Shown: one piece after another, positions 13,440 through 26,877 of the stretch | Layout: each line of letters begins with the position of its first letter | How positions within the stretch are numbered: position 1 is the stretch's first letter | NCBI GenBank assembly: GCA_015680685.1 | Contig: MNCI01000996.1 | Location: forward strand, 63,371-127,370 | Length of the DNA: 64,000 bases | Origin: Gnetum montanum | Lineage: Eukaryota > Plantae > Gnetophyta | Reading direction: 5' to 3' | Program-made: the position numbers and the translations under genes | Notes under the pieces: model-generated | Seen by the model: the letters and a program-made list of their open reading frames with translations, nothing else | What the model was told of the DNA's origin: nothing | Database searches by the model: none

Positions 13440-14335
13440 ATCAAGCTAATCATTAGAGGTAGCTACTACACAAGAAGGCCTATATGTCTCCTCTTCATCA
13501 TTGTCATTGCTAGTGTTGGAGACATGCTGCTCATCATCATCATCAAAAGATGGAACTTGTACAGGAGCTCTTCAGGGATGTAGCTTCATACAAAACAATG
13601 ATAATGTCAAAGGAGCCTATTGAGAAGATGAGGAAGTACCCTTCCTCTGATATGTGATTGAATTAGTTAATATAAACTAAGAAGAGGATCCAAAGATGCT
13701 ATTCATCACTTGTTGCTTAAAGGTCTAAGGAGCATCATCATGAGAAAGAGAGCTAGGTCTAGGTTGCATAGGATTAGGAAACATCCCTTGGACATGTGTG
13801 GGAAATGCATCAAGATCCTTAGAATCAGATGCATTTCTTGAGTCATATGCTTGGGATGGCCCAACAACTATCGAGTGCATATTTGGAGTGGGATAATCCT
13901 TCTTACTATCTAATATGGAAGGAGTGGTAATCTCCTCAAACTGCTACCCATATGGAGGAAGATGTACTCTAGTTGCATTCGTTCTCTTACAAAGGTAAGA
14001 AAGGTTTATGCCAATCATACCTATGGTCCTTGAAAAAGGTTTTAGCAATTTCTTGAGGGATGATCTCACTTGGATGCTAACTAACTTGGATCTTCTCAAC
14101 TGAAGGGAGGCATTGGAAGGTGATGTAGATATCTTCTTTCTTACTTTCTTACCTAAAAATGATGCTGTGCTTTAGTGAACCAAAAATGAGGAGTATAATT
14201 GTTTGCACTGCTTGTTGATGCTTCCTTTAACTTCTTGCTCTTTTGAGGAGGAGCCCTAGACATCCCAATCTTTTTGTGAGCCATCAATCTACAAGGATAT
14301 GCATAAATCACCATTTTTGTTGAAGCCTTGGTCAT
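13440..14335 (-). pseudogene. Accessory ORF remnant at the Sirevirus env-like position
   Basis: Basic N-terminus (MAHKKIG..PPQKSKKLKE) and acidic C-terminal stretch, lying between gag and the upstream PPT. Interrupted by stops. The call is positional only. Confidence 0.5.
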
Positions 14336-14799
14336 TTTCTCTTAGTCATTTATGCTTGGATGTGGAAGAAAGAAGAAAAAAATGAAGTGTTGGTTTTATA
14401 TAATTGCAGTTGTCGATGATTTTTTATGACAAGTTAAACATCTAACTTAACTAGTAGATTTCTATTTCATGTCAATCCAAAACTAGATAGATGTTTAACT
14501 CTAGATGTAGAAATCTATGGGTAGACAACTATCTTTTTTTGTAGATGTCTAATGGTAGACATATACATGTAGATGTCTAAGCAAGCAATGAAATGAGATA
14601 AGAAAGTTTTAGGGGATAGCTGCCATGGATTATAGTCTTTAAATTTTTTTTAAATGAGATGGAAAAATGAAAAATTACCTCTACTTACCTTGCTTACTAA
14701 TGGAGATCAAGATGTTTAAGAAGATTGCAAAATGAGGTCCTTCTTTTGAAGTTCCTCTTCTCATACAAATTTCTTTTATTTCTAATGTTTGGATCCCTT

Positions 14800-15710
14800 T
14801 CGAAAAATTGTGGACATTTGGAGGCCACATGGCCTCTTCCACCACATATCTAACATTCTATTGAAAATGTATTAAAATTTGAATTTGTAAAATTTTTACC
14901 TTTCTCTTTACCTTTGGATTTATTGAGGCATAGTTGATTAAAGCTTCTAACTTTTATTGCAAGAAGTATTTGAACTCTTCTTGATAGAAAAGCTATTTCA
15001 TGTTCACTATTTGTTTCTTGTTCAGTTAGATCCTTTTCCTTTGATGTAGATTTTAGGATGATGGACTTTTCTTTTATGGCTCCTTCACTTATGAGATTCA
15101 TTTCATAAGAAATTAGAGTTCTTTGAAGCTCCTCAAAGTTTAGCACCAAAAAGTCTCTGACTTCTTCTATGGCAGTGACCTTAGGTTTGAACTTGGGTTG
15201 TAATGTTCTAATCATTTTTATAATTACATCACTTTGTAGCAAGTACTTACCCATCCCTGTAATTGCTATGACAAGATCATTTGCCCTAGAAAAGTAATCT
15301 ACAATCTTTTCTCCTTCCTTCATTTTAAGCTTATCATATTTTCTTTGTAATGCTAAGAGTTTTGATTGTTTAACTATAGATGTATCCTCTTAAGTTGCCT
15401 CTAAGATTTTCCATATTTCCTTAGTAGTTTTACACCTAACTATTCTATTAAACTCAAATTTATTTAATCCACAGTATAAGCAAAGTTTGGCTTTTGGGTC
15501 ATACATGAACTTATCTATTTCTTTGGAAGTCCATTTGATTTGTGGCTTGAGTACTTTTATGACATTGTTAACAAGTGGTATGTAGCCTTTAAGGATTGAC
15601 TCCCATACTTCAAATTTCATGGATTCAAAGAATCCTTATATCCTTGACTTCTAATATGCAAAGTCAAACCCATTGAACATTAGTGGCTTGGTGTTAGACA
15701 TCGCATCCAT
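14800..15710 (-). pseudogene. gag: Ty1/copia gag (UBN2/retrotran_gag_2 type) with zinc knuckle
   Basis: MDAMSNTKPLMFNGFDFAY*K.., FNRIVRCKTTKEIWKILE, MKEGEKIVDYFSR..KFKPKVTAIEE, and C-x2-C-x4-H-x4-C (C*ICGGRGHVASKC) at ~14815-14860. Confidence 0.92.
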
Positions 15711-16851
15711 TGTTCACTCCTGAAATGCGAAGCATGAACTTGAGAGTACCTAGCTTTGATACCATTTAAGGATTAAGAACTTAGAAGGGAGGTTGAATAA
15801 GTTTCCTAATTTAAATGCTATAGACACTAAAGAAAAAATAGAAATTTTACATGGATCCTCAACTTGGGTACGTCAACACTCAGAGGGTAGAATCCATGCA
15901 CACCTCCAAACTTTGTTGCTTCAAAAATGTGGTTTGCAAGGCACCATAACCTTTACAGGATTTGAGCTTTGCTATAGAGAGTTTAATCACTATGAAACCT
16001 CTGAATCCCAGAATATCCCAATAGGCTCAACACATGGTTTAAAAGATCCCATAACATTTACAAATGTGAGCTCCACTCTAGAGTGTTTTGTCATCGCAAA
16101 ACCACTCAACTCCACAAGGTCTTGACAAGCTCAAAAATATTCCTTCAATAAGAAGAACATCCACCCCATAGGGCTACAAGAAGGAAAAAAAGGAAAAGAT
16201 TAAGGAGAAGGTGTATCTAAATTTATAGAGTTATTGCAATGAAGCTCATACCATATACAATATACAAACTAATATTACAATGAAGGACAATTACAAGTTT
16301 TCTTTTTGTAGCCTTGATTTGATTTGATAATAATAGTAGTTGCACATTTCCTAAGATTCTCACTTTGTCTTATACTCTTAGAGTTTCTAAAAAATCCTCA
16401 GAATTCATCCCACAACTATTAAATGGCTAGTATAGACGTCTACTTCAAAGTTTAGATGTCTTCTTGAGAATACCCCTAATGTAGCAGAGACATCTATCGA
16501 GAAGTGTAAATGTCTACTTGTAGATGTCTATCCTCAAATATAGACATATGCTATTTTTGCTAGATGTCTACTTTCTAGAAGCACTTTGAGTTATGAAGCA
16601 TTTCTTTGATTCTTGGATTTCTCGATAGTCTTTAAAACATCTTCATTTGGCTTATAGATTTTGTTTTCATCCATGCTCTCATCTAGTCTACTTATTCTTT
16701 GTTTTGACATCTCATTCTAGATCTCATTTCTGAAGTCTCACATCTCCATGTGAAGTTATTGTTCATGGTCCTAAAAATAATCATTACATACATATATTCT
16801 ACATTTTTCATTTTCTTTAAGGTTTTGACATACCAAAATGTTAACATAAAC

Positions 16852-19600
16852 CTTGGCTCATGGTTTTAGAGGTACTCAAAGCTTGAGTCAAAATGTGTAT
16901 TTTTCAAGTTGTGATGGCTTCCCATGACTCATGATGAGGTTGTGATCTAGATCATGAATTGATCATAGGTTATGGTTAGATAGATTTTTTGAGTGATGAA
17001 TGGCATGGTTTGTGGTGAAATTGTGGCATTCACCACAACCTAATCATGAATCATGGTATATCTTCATTTCTTAACCACAAGTCATGGCCAAGTAAGGGTC
17101 TCCAAATCTTATTTTTTTTATGTCATTTTTACTTCATTTGATTCATTTCTAACATTTGGTGCTTTGATTCAGGCATAATCTAGCATTTTGACCTTTTGGT
17201 TATGTTTTGATATGATCAATTATTAGGCATTGTGGGGGGTCTACTTTGGCTTTTAGTAATTGATTCACATAATATTTTATTGTACTCTAGGTAGCCTAGA
17301 CCATGCATTTATGGACAAGCATTCTAGAGAGTGTGGTTGGTTGTTAGTCTTCAACCATATCACTTGTAATTATGCTTAGGCTATGACAATTGGCAAGCAT
17401 TATTATGGAAACTATTTTTTCATTAGGGCCTACTCACATTGCTTGTGATTATTTACATGAAAGATTATTTTATTTCATGATTCAAAATGATTGATCTAGA
17501 TGTACCACATGGGATTATTTCTAGAGTTGATTCATCCAAGATTAGATGATGCTTGGTTAACTATTCCTTTAGGAGGGTCATTGATAACATCCAAGATAGG
17601 TGAGACTTTTTTGGAGTAAGTAGTCCTTAAGGATGACCAATTTCTAGGGTAATCTTCATTAATCCATTTTGTAGACATTCTATGTAACATCATAGTTTGT
17701 TATTGATTATGAAGTCTTATCTCATGGATATTGTAATGGTTTCTTATGTAACATGTGCTTCCATTTTATAACTTATTCTAGGTGCACCGTTGACTCTATT
17801 AGAAGGTTTCTAATTCTTCTTGCATGTTTGTATGCATATTCATATGGAAAGAGCTAGGTTCCTAATGACTATTTAAAGTGTGATCAATAAACTTTCTTTC
17901 TTTGTTTTCAAATTTAGTTTTCCTGTAGGATTTCATGTATTGATGGACATGATTTATTAACTTTAATATACTAATGGATTTGATTAAAAATGTTTTGAAA
18001 CTATTATGTTATCATTTATGAGATTTAGTTTATAATCATGGATTTTGTTATCTTAAGCACTATGATATGGATTTTCTATTTATACCATACACTTTTGTTT
18101 TTCGGTTTGATAATTCTTAGAATTGATTTTTTCTTAAGTTATAAGCATTATCATAGCACATGCTCTAAGTATTAAGTATGTGTAATTTAATAATGGATAT
18201 TTGTAAGTTAAATTATAGGATGTGATATATTTCTTTTAAATATGACTCTCCATTAGTTAAGATGATGGACCATAATGTTGATGCCTACAGTTTATCTTGG
18301 AGTTTTTAAGATGCAAAATCTAAGGGTTCAAAGCTTGGTTTCTAGAGCCAAGAACTATGGATCTCCTTGGTTCAGATCTACTCTAGGTAGAGTTCTAGTA
18401 GTGTAACTCCAATGTTAAGGATTGGCCTTGATGCTTCATTCTACCTAGATTGCCCCATTTTTGCTATTGGAATTTGCCTAACAAATTCCACTTTGGGCTT
18501 CTCCCTTGTAGGTGTAGTTGTGCAGGTGACCTTTAGTTCTTACTCTTATTAATGTCCTCATCCTGATCCATCTCATGGTCACTTTTTCCTTCTCTAGGAT
18601 GGACTGCAAATCTCCAAGACTTTTTTAGACATCATTTGTAGTAATATTAATTACAATTTATTATTTTGCAAATGAATTTTAAAAGAGTTTTAACTCTTAA
18701 TAATTCTTAAAATTGGTCTCGATTTGAAAAATTCTAATATTAATTCTTCAAAGTGATTGCAAAATAATATCTTAGAGGTCCTATGTAGTTGGGTTTTTCT
18801 AATTCTGAATTATTTTAATTATTTATTAAGATTAACCACCTTAACTACTCAAAATTTAAGATTTTTTGGATGGCTAGGATTCATAGATTAGATGTCCCTA
18901 TGACCTAGAGGTTAATTTTGGAAGCTCATAGGTTTTAGAATAGTTGAAATTAAAGGTTTAGTATGCTAGATATCATACTTGGAAGGCTTTATCTCTCAAA
19001 AATGATGAGAACTCCTTTATCATAAATGAGATGTATGAACAATTTTCAAATGGTATTGTAAATATATATAGGTTTTTTTCCTCGTGTATACATTGCTTTG
19101 TCAATAGAGATACATTAACTAAGTCCTCTAAGCCAATGTTATTATGTTGATTAATTTTAGGCTTATTTGTGGTAATTTCTTAGCATTTTTTGGATCAAAT
19201 TAGATTCATAGCAAGGATTATAATCGATGGAAAATATGTGGATAATTTAGATGATTTAGGATGATGGATTGACATGATTTAAAAGCTTAAACATGTAAGG
19301 AATTTGGGATTTTTAGTATGCAAGTCTAACAAATATAAGGAGAAATGGTTAAATGATCATGCACAAGAGAAAAGTGAATAATGCTTGATGTTGTGGACTT
19401 GTAGGATTGAGTTATACAAGTAGGTCTTTCCCATAGTAGGATCAAACCTAAAATACTTTGTATAATCATTTCAAAAGATGTCCATGGGTGCCTTGGAAAT
19501 TGAGTGTTGAACAAGTCCATGTTATAACAACCATACAACTATTATCATTAGGATCCTACACTATCCTAAACAATAGTAGCTACTTCATAATTAATCATAT
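16852..19600 (+). mobile_element. Highly decayed gypsy-like remnant into which the Sirevirus inserted
   Basis: CATGA-rich LTR-like sequence on both sides of the copia insertion ends TCTAACA (~17154), followed by PBS-like TTTGGTGCTTT. Weak integrase-tail-like sequence at ~19300-19550. Confidence 0.35.
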
Positions 19601-20242
19601 TAATAAGGTGAAATTAAATCAAAAGGATTCATAGATGTTGGAACATGAGGTACCTTTTCATCTTCATAATGAGTTTCTTTGTGTTGAGTATTGTTAAAAT
19701 AACCATCATACCTATTCATCTAGATTTTAAACCAAGTCCATACCATTACTAGTGACATTGCATTATGTCATCATGGGCCTATTATCATGAAACCGACTAC
19801 AACCATTACTCAACAAGAAAAAATTGGAAAACATGCTGTAATTCAATAGTACAATTAATCAATTATAGATATGTAAGGTATTGATTCTAGCTATTAGATA
19901 GAAGGGTACCTTTAGGCATGGGTCACATGTCTTTCGAATCACATAATTAAACTAGTGTAGAAAACCATGAGATTCTTGGAAGTAGCCTATCTTTAGGCGT
20001 GGGTCACATATCTATCTAGTCACATGATAAAACTAGTCTAAGAGATGATAACATTCTTGGAAGTAGGATATCAGTAGGTATGGATCATATGTCTTTCTAG
20101 TGGCACTACAAGAATGATTTGTACATTGTAATTAATTACTTAATTAATTTATTATTCTTAGTAAAGGAATACAATTAGACATGGATCACATGTCTTTCCA
20201 ATGTTGTACTAAGGTAACAATCTTTGTAAAAAAGATATTTTT

Positions 20243-20659
20243 CTATGTTTCATAGGTCCCTGATATGTAGAGATGTGGGGATGTAAGGATGAGCCTCCAA
20301 ATGCATTTGAGAAGGGGATGGATTTTTAGAATGCTATGAGGATGCAACTTGAACATGATGCGGAATAGGTTTATGTAAATTATATTATGTTTTAAAGCAC
20401 CAAAGATTATAGATAAAATTATTATAAAATATGATTTCTAAGATATTTTCTAGGTTTTTATTGCACTTTTGATGAAGAAACATTTTAAAAGTATTTCATA
20501 AAAAATAAAATAGTTGTAGCTAGCATATAATTTTTTTTAAAATTATTGCATCATGCACCCCATCTCACCTATGTTTAGACATGTTTTGGAATGCATCCCC
20601 ATCCCAAGGACATCATGAATGTGAAATTTTTCATAAGGATACATCCCTATGTAACACTA
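20243..20659. mobile_element. hAT-like MITE
   Basis: Imperfect TIRs CTATGTTTCATAGG and CCTATGTAACACTA, GGATG/CATCC subterminal repeats facing inward, AT-rich core, 8-bp flanks ATATTTTT and AGAATTTT (6/8 match). Confidence 0.5.
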
Positions 20660-21139
20660 AGAATTTTCAAGCCATGAAAATATGAGTGATGGCATATCGA
20701 CATAGAGTGGTGGGATCCATAGAGGAAGTCCAAAGAATAAAGACATCCCTTGTATATCACACCCTTTTTCAATCCCTCTTAGTCCTTCTTCCTTTCTTTA
20801 AGGCATAATGATCATGAGTTAATTTTAGTTTTTATGTAATAAGAACCATATTACTTCCATGATAATATTTCTTTATTTCTATAAATAAATGGATGAATGT
20901 TGTGATATTACTACTATTACACAATTAATCTTCTAATATTTTGACAACACATGACATAATCCCAATAATGAAGTTGGATCCTACACATAAGTACAATTTA
21001 TTAACAAAAATTTGTAAAATAATGGCTTAAAGAAATTTTAAAACTATTGAAGAAATATAACACAAAAAATACAAAATATAAAAAAATTGAAAAATGAAAA
21101 GAAAGTGCAAGACAAAAAATTTAAAAATTGCACTTAGCT

Positions 21140-22640
21140 TATTTCAAAAGATCTCCTTCGTGATTGAGTTTTGAGGGAGAGATGTGGAAAATGGATCTCA
21201 TAGTAGTATAGTTAGAAGTGTTTACAACATTGATGTCATAGAATTCATGAAATGACTTAATTTGGTAATTGTTGATTAGGATAACCCTTTGTGAATTTGT
21301 TGTTTGGTAAATTTGCAAGACGGTAGATCTATAAATCACATGTACTTTAAATAAAACCTTCCAAAGTATTTAAAATTTTGTACATTATGATACATGATTT
21401 GGATTATAGTGGAGGACTATCTTCTAGTTGAAGATTTAAATGTCAAATTTTTACATCATTTCTTCTTTTGCTATATAATTTTTGAACTTCATTATGCATA
21501 AGGGCTATTATTCTATTTTCACTTAGCACATATAAGTTTATCAATCTCTCTTGTTATGCTATGATGAGGTCAAAGTCTAGTTCATAAGTAGTATTAAATG
21601 CATAAAGGTTTACTTGTATTGATAGTTTAGGTAATTTTTTGATATGCTAGTTCATATGGAGAATAACCAATAGGAAGCTTCCATGTTAACATATAAGCCC
21701 ATAGAGCATCATTAAGTTTAGTGCTCTAGTCCTTTCTATACTTACTAAAGATACATAGTAGTCTTTAGGTTATCTCTTAGTTAGTGATGTTTGCTTATCC
21801 ATTGGCCTGCAGGTGATATAATATGGTGAAATTATGGTCAAATCCTAAGCATTACATTACTTTCTTAAAGATGAACTTAGTAAAGTGAGTCTCATTGTTG
21901 GATACAAGTGAATGAGACATAGCAAACCTATTTATTACATGCTACTCAAATAATTTAGTAGCAATTATTGTAGTGTAATAAGTTACCATAGTTTCTTCAA
22001 CCCATTTCATGTAGTAATCCATGGTCATAATAATGTACAACTAGTCATTCGAACAAGGGGTAATAAGACTTATGATGTTAATTCCCCATATAATGAAAGG
22101 ATTTAGTATTTGAATCTACTATTGTAATTCTTGAAATCTTATTGATATTCTATCATCACATTGACATCATTAGTAGAATTTTGTAAAATAATGAACATCA
22201 TAGAAGAGAATTGGTTAAAAATAGTTAGTCATGAGAATCTTTATTTTTTTCATCTTGTCTACATAATGAATGCCACATGATCCTTCATGTATATATTGGA
22301 GAACTCTTATCTGGTTTTCTTTAGGAACATACATATCACTAGACCATCAACATAGATATTGTAGAAATTCTTTTATTTCCATGAATTATTTGCCTTGATG
22401 TAGGAATTTTTGAGTCCTACATATATCCATTTTACAAGGAATTATTTTCTTCTCTAGGTATATTAGGTAATCATCAAACCAAGAAGTGATCACTACTAAG
22501 GTCACTGCAATAGCCTATGCAAATAAAGGCTCATTATGAAATTGATTGGATAACAATTCTTCATTAGTCTTATTGTCCCATTTGAGTCCTAATAAGTAAT
22601 ATACAACAATGTTCTTAGACTTCTTCTTATCTATGATTAT
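21140..22640 (-). pseudogene. pol: Athila-like integrase remnant of an old host element
   Basis: PFIIWGINII (~22090), MDYYMKWVE (~22010), KLNDALWAY (~21700). Heavily stop-interrupted. Confidence 0.85.
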
Positions 22641-22806
22641 AATGTATCCATGATTTTATTGTTTGATTACTTTGTTAGTAAAGCACTTGAATAAATTTTA
22701 TAATGTCTAGTTGGTTAGTTAGTCAAGTTAACTCTCATATTTTATAAATAAAATCTATTCCAATTTTGTTAACTTGAAAAAAAGTGTTTAGTTAGTCTTG
22801 AAGGTT

Positions 22807-23685
22807 TGATGAATAGTAAACTAGTTAACTATATCAATGTATTAACATCGATGAAGTAGCTTTGACACATTAGTATTGACATAGGGTCTGCTACATTGAC
22901 ACATCAACTTTCATATAGTGCTAATAAATGGCTATATAAATATGTGGACTGATTGCATTTATGATATTATTTGATTCATAACTTAGCTAAACTCTTTTAG
23001 TTTTACACCATAGAAGTTAGAATCTATTAACAAATTCCCACAACATAGTATACAACAATTATTTAAAATCCTTCTTTAAGTGTCTTATACCTAGACATAT
23101 TACATGATAGTAATAAATATTAAGACTTTTTTTCTATTGCATCACTTTGACATGGATTGAAATTTTTCTTAATGCAATTTAATTTCTAATTCACATTAGC
23201 TAATATTTACATTTCCTTACATATTAATGAATTGGTGAAATGGGTATGAGTATTTTCAAGCATAAACACATATTTACTTGGTAATCCTAGCAGTGCTATT
23301 GCTTGGTTTCACCTAGTTGCACAACACTTAATAATCTTGGTAGTGGATACATGTATTCAAGATGTGTATGATAAACTAGAAGTCATGCACTTATCATAAT
23401 TAGGCTAGAGTAGGATTTATCTTTATACTTAAAATAAATTAGATTAATTTTAATATTTTAATAACATTTTATTACTACCTTACAACATCATTCATCATAT
23501 TTCTCAGTTACACTTAATTATATAAACTAAGAACTTTTATAAGTGTATTTTAGAAGATAGTAACCTATGATTGAACACTTGACTATTTAGATATCACACT
23601 AAACTAGCCCATGGAATATGATTATATCACACATAAATGCTGATGATTTATATGATTGGGTGTAGCGGAGACTCACTACTCATCA
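22807..23685 (+). mobile_element. Athila-like 3' LTR with degenerate PPT (5'-truncated element)
   Basis: TGATGAATA..CTCATCA termini, preceded by AGTCTTGAAGGTT (family PPT is AGTCATGGGGGTA). No TSD. Confidence 0.7.
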
Positions 23686-25599
23686 CCATCTTTAATAATT
23701 TACATTTTTCTTTATTAATAAATACAATATTGATGGTAATTAATTTCTTATAATTTAGATGTAAGTATTTTGATTAATTAGAAATTGTATTTATTTTAAA
23801 TGGTTTAGAAATATTTTCTTCTTGAATTTCAATTTTTTCTTGATCCTTTTGTATAGTTAGATTGCAAAACTTCATATTATAAGTCATCTTCTTAATCCAC
23901 TTTTTCAACATAGGAATTGGTTAGCTATTATGTAGGTTCCATGTATATTTTAGATATTTTTGCTTGATTTTCAACTAGCCATTGGGTGTTTTCTTGTTTG
24001 TTGATTATCACATATACAATTTTCTACATACACTACTCTTCTTCACAATTATTACATGCTAGGCTAGTGAGAGTTTTGATATTTTATACAAAGCTATACC
24101 AAGTTTCATCATAGGTAATTCATGTAAATTTCTTCCTCCTTACTATATCATGTTTATTTTCCTTGAAAAGTTTCTAGGAAAATCTCTAGTGCTTAAATTT
24201 TTATTCATAGTTGATGATTAGTGGGTATGCCCTATGCCCAACCATACGAATTACAAGTGTTCACGCACAATCTAGTGAAATTACATTGATGGAACTAGTT
24301 GTGGCATCTAGATTATTAAGCATTGATTGTAGAATGTTGTCTTCCCACTTGGACTAGTAGTAACCTTGTTATGTATGGTTTAGTCCAAAGTGAGGCATAT
24401 GATGGTTGATGTTGTTGCAGCCTTAAAATAATCTTAACAATAATAAAGAAATTAATTATTTAATCTAATTAATGACAAGAAGATGAAGTATAAACTAGTC
24501 TAAGGGCAATAACAATCTATTCCCAGCTTGCTATACACATCTTGAACTCATGTATCCACTATTGGGATTAGCAAGCATTATGCTACTGGGCAAACCAAGC
24601 AATAACAATATTGGGATTACCAAGAAAATATGCGTTTGTGCTTGAAAGATGATTGCACTCATTCTTTGAATTGATTATTATGCATGAAATGTAAATATTA
24701 ACTAAGTGCATGAAAATTAAAGTGCATTGAAAGTAAATCTAGTCTATTCCAAGTACTACAAGATCTATCAAGGAGTTCATCTTTATTGTTGTTCACATCA
24801 AAGTATCTAGGTACAATAGTGTTCAAATAAAGATTCATACACTTCTCAACTCCTACTATGTACACCTAGAAAATATTCTAATTGTCATAGGAAAAAATGC
24901 AAGAACTTTGCTATGCTACTAAATGAATGATGCCTTAAATGCAGTAGGTGCATGTATCTATATAGGCAAGACTAGACAGTCTGTTGATGTGTATGCACTG
25001 ATGAATCAAATCATGCAATGAGGGGATCATGTTGATGCATTCATGTCGATGCGACCTAAACAACAATGATTTATCATACCTCCAACACTAATTAAAATTC
25101 ATCCTTGAGTGAACAAAAGGAGGAACAAGCTTTGTCAAAAATTTGGGAAGGTATGGGATTATTGATTGACTGCCTGACTGACTTGAATTGACTCAAATTG
25201 ATGCTAAGTGCCCAGGTGCATGGATTTATAACTTTTAAGAAAATAGGCATTCATGAAAATAAAATTAACACCATTATAAAATTTGATAGCTGAACACCTA
25301 TGGTGGTTGTAGATGATAAGAAAATCAAATGGTCCCAAGAGGTGGAAGCTCCTGAGGTGTTGAAGGTCCTTCTCCTAGCTTTGGTGAATGCGATGGTTAC
25401 AGTTGAGGATGTGGCGAGTGTGGTTGTCCTGTTGCAATTGCAACTACTAGTAGAAGAGGAAATACATCTAATAATGCATTTATCTTCTCCTCCTTACTTC
25501 AAGGATCATACACAGTCCATGCAATATCACCAATATGGACCAGTACAAGAACATCCCAGGGATAGGACATGGTAAGAAATAACTTCTTAACATTAAAAA

Positions 25600-26332
25600 A
25601 CTAGGCAATGAATTGTTTGCATTCGATGTTGAATGCTTTGATTGCATTCTATAGCTTCTAGTAGTCACTCATTCTTCTAGCTAGGTTCTCAACCATTGAT
25701 TGTTAATATGTGAATCACTCTTTAAGAAATTTGAGTTTAGCATTGGCTATTTCGAGCTTTTGCTTTAAGTCCTTATGGTTATTGAACTCAATCTCATATA
25801 AAAGGTACAAGTTGGCTACTTGCTTTTCCAATTCCAACCTTATCCTTCTGGTAGTTAGCATTACCAAGTTTGCATAATGGAGGTTCGCAAACTCCATGTA
25901 CTTTGTCATTTCCTAGATTTGCAACTCCTTGATATGGATTTATACTTTGTTGTATGCATTTAATCCATCAAAAATGGGTTGCCATACATCACCTCCTTAT
26001 TGGAGTTGCTAGAGGGCCTCGTTCACCCTAGCCTTCACTAGTTGGATCTCTTTCTCATTGACCTCTTTGAGAAAACCAACCTAGTCCCTATGCTAGTTCT
26101 TGATCCTTTTGAACTTGAGGGCCTTATTTTTCTAGGTAGTGATCTTAATTGCTAATTTCTAGCAATGAGTTTAAAATTACTTCATCAAGAAATTTCTATT
26201 TTTTACAACCAACCTCAGGTCCATGATTATCTTGGCAAGCTACTCTTGTTGTTGGCCCCTTCTAGTTCTTGATCACTTTTCCCTTGGTTGGGATGATATT
26301 GTATCCCCTCCTTGTTTAGGTCTTGGTGCCAT
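25600..26332 (-). pseudogene. 3' accessory (env-position) coiled-coil ORF remnant of the Athila-like element
   Basis: Starts MAPRPK directly after an acceptor-like GATTACAG. Heptad-like RIRLELEKQVANLYLLYEIEFNNHKDLKQKLEIANAKLKFLKE. Homologue at 8836-9066. Confidence 0.65.
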
Positions 26333-26554
26333 CTGTAATCACAACATGACCAAGGTTTAGCATTTGATGTGTAACATGGAGCACTTGAATACCTTGTCTC
26401 TTTGGATCAGTTACATTTTGTCTATGTTGTGATTTTGGCAGATTGATTATTTTAATATTATTTTACTTAGATGGTTGCTAGAGTTCATTGAAATGGTTTA
26501 CCTCTTATGAATTAGTGATTTTAATATTATTTTATTAGTTAAACCTTGTGGGAG

Positions 26555-26877
26555 NNNNNNNNNNNNNNNNNNNNNNNNNNNNNNNNNNNNNNNNNNNNNN
26601 NNNNNNNNNNNNNNNNNNNNNNNNNNNNNNNNNNNNNNNNNNNNNNNNNNNNNNNNNNNNNNNNNNNNNNNNNNNNNNNNNNNNNNNNNNNNNNNNNNNN
26701 NNNNNNNNNNNNNNNNNNNNNNNNNNNNNNNNNNNNNNNNNNNNNNNNNNNNNNNNNNNNNNNNNNNNNNNNNNNNNNNNNNNNNNNNNNNNNNNNNNNN
26801 NNNNNNNNNNNNNNNNNNNNNNNNNNNNNNNNNNNNNNNNNNNNNNNNNNNNNNNNNNNNNNNNNNNNNNNNNNNNN
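26555..26877. other. Assembly gap (323 N)
   Basis: Run of N. Confidence 1.

Larger units (their letters stand above)
11786..16846 (-). mobile_element. Non-autonomous Sirevirus (SIRE/Maximus)-like Ty1/copia element, 5.06 kb
   Basis: LTR pair 11786-12956 and 15767-16846, perfect TSD TAAAC (11781-11785, 16847-16851), tRNA-iMet PBS TGGTATCAAAGC (15753-15764), PPT AAAAAGGGGGAGAT (12957-12970) with a second PPT at ~13369-13381, copia gag. No RT or INT found. Confidence 0.92.

Noticed and set aside
20104-20114. CACTACAAGAA CACTA terminus
   Set aside because: It lies inside a unit of the short repeat array, with no partner TIR or 3-bp TSD.
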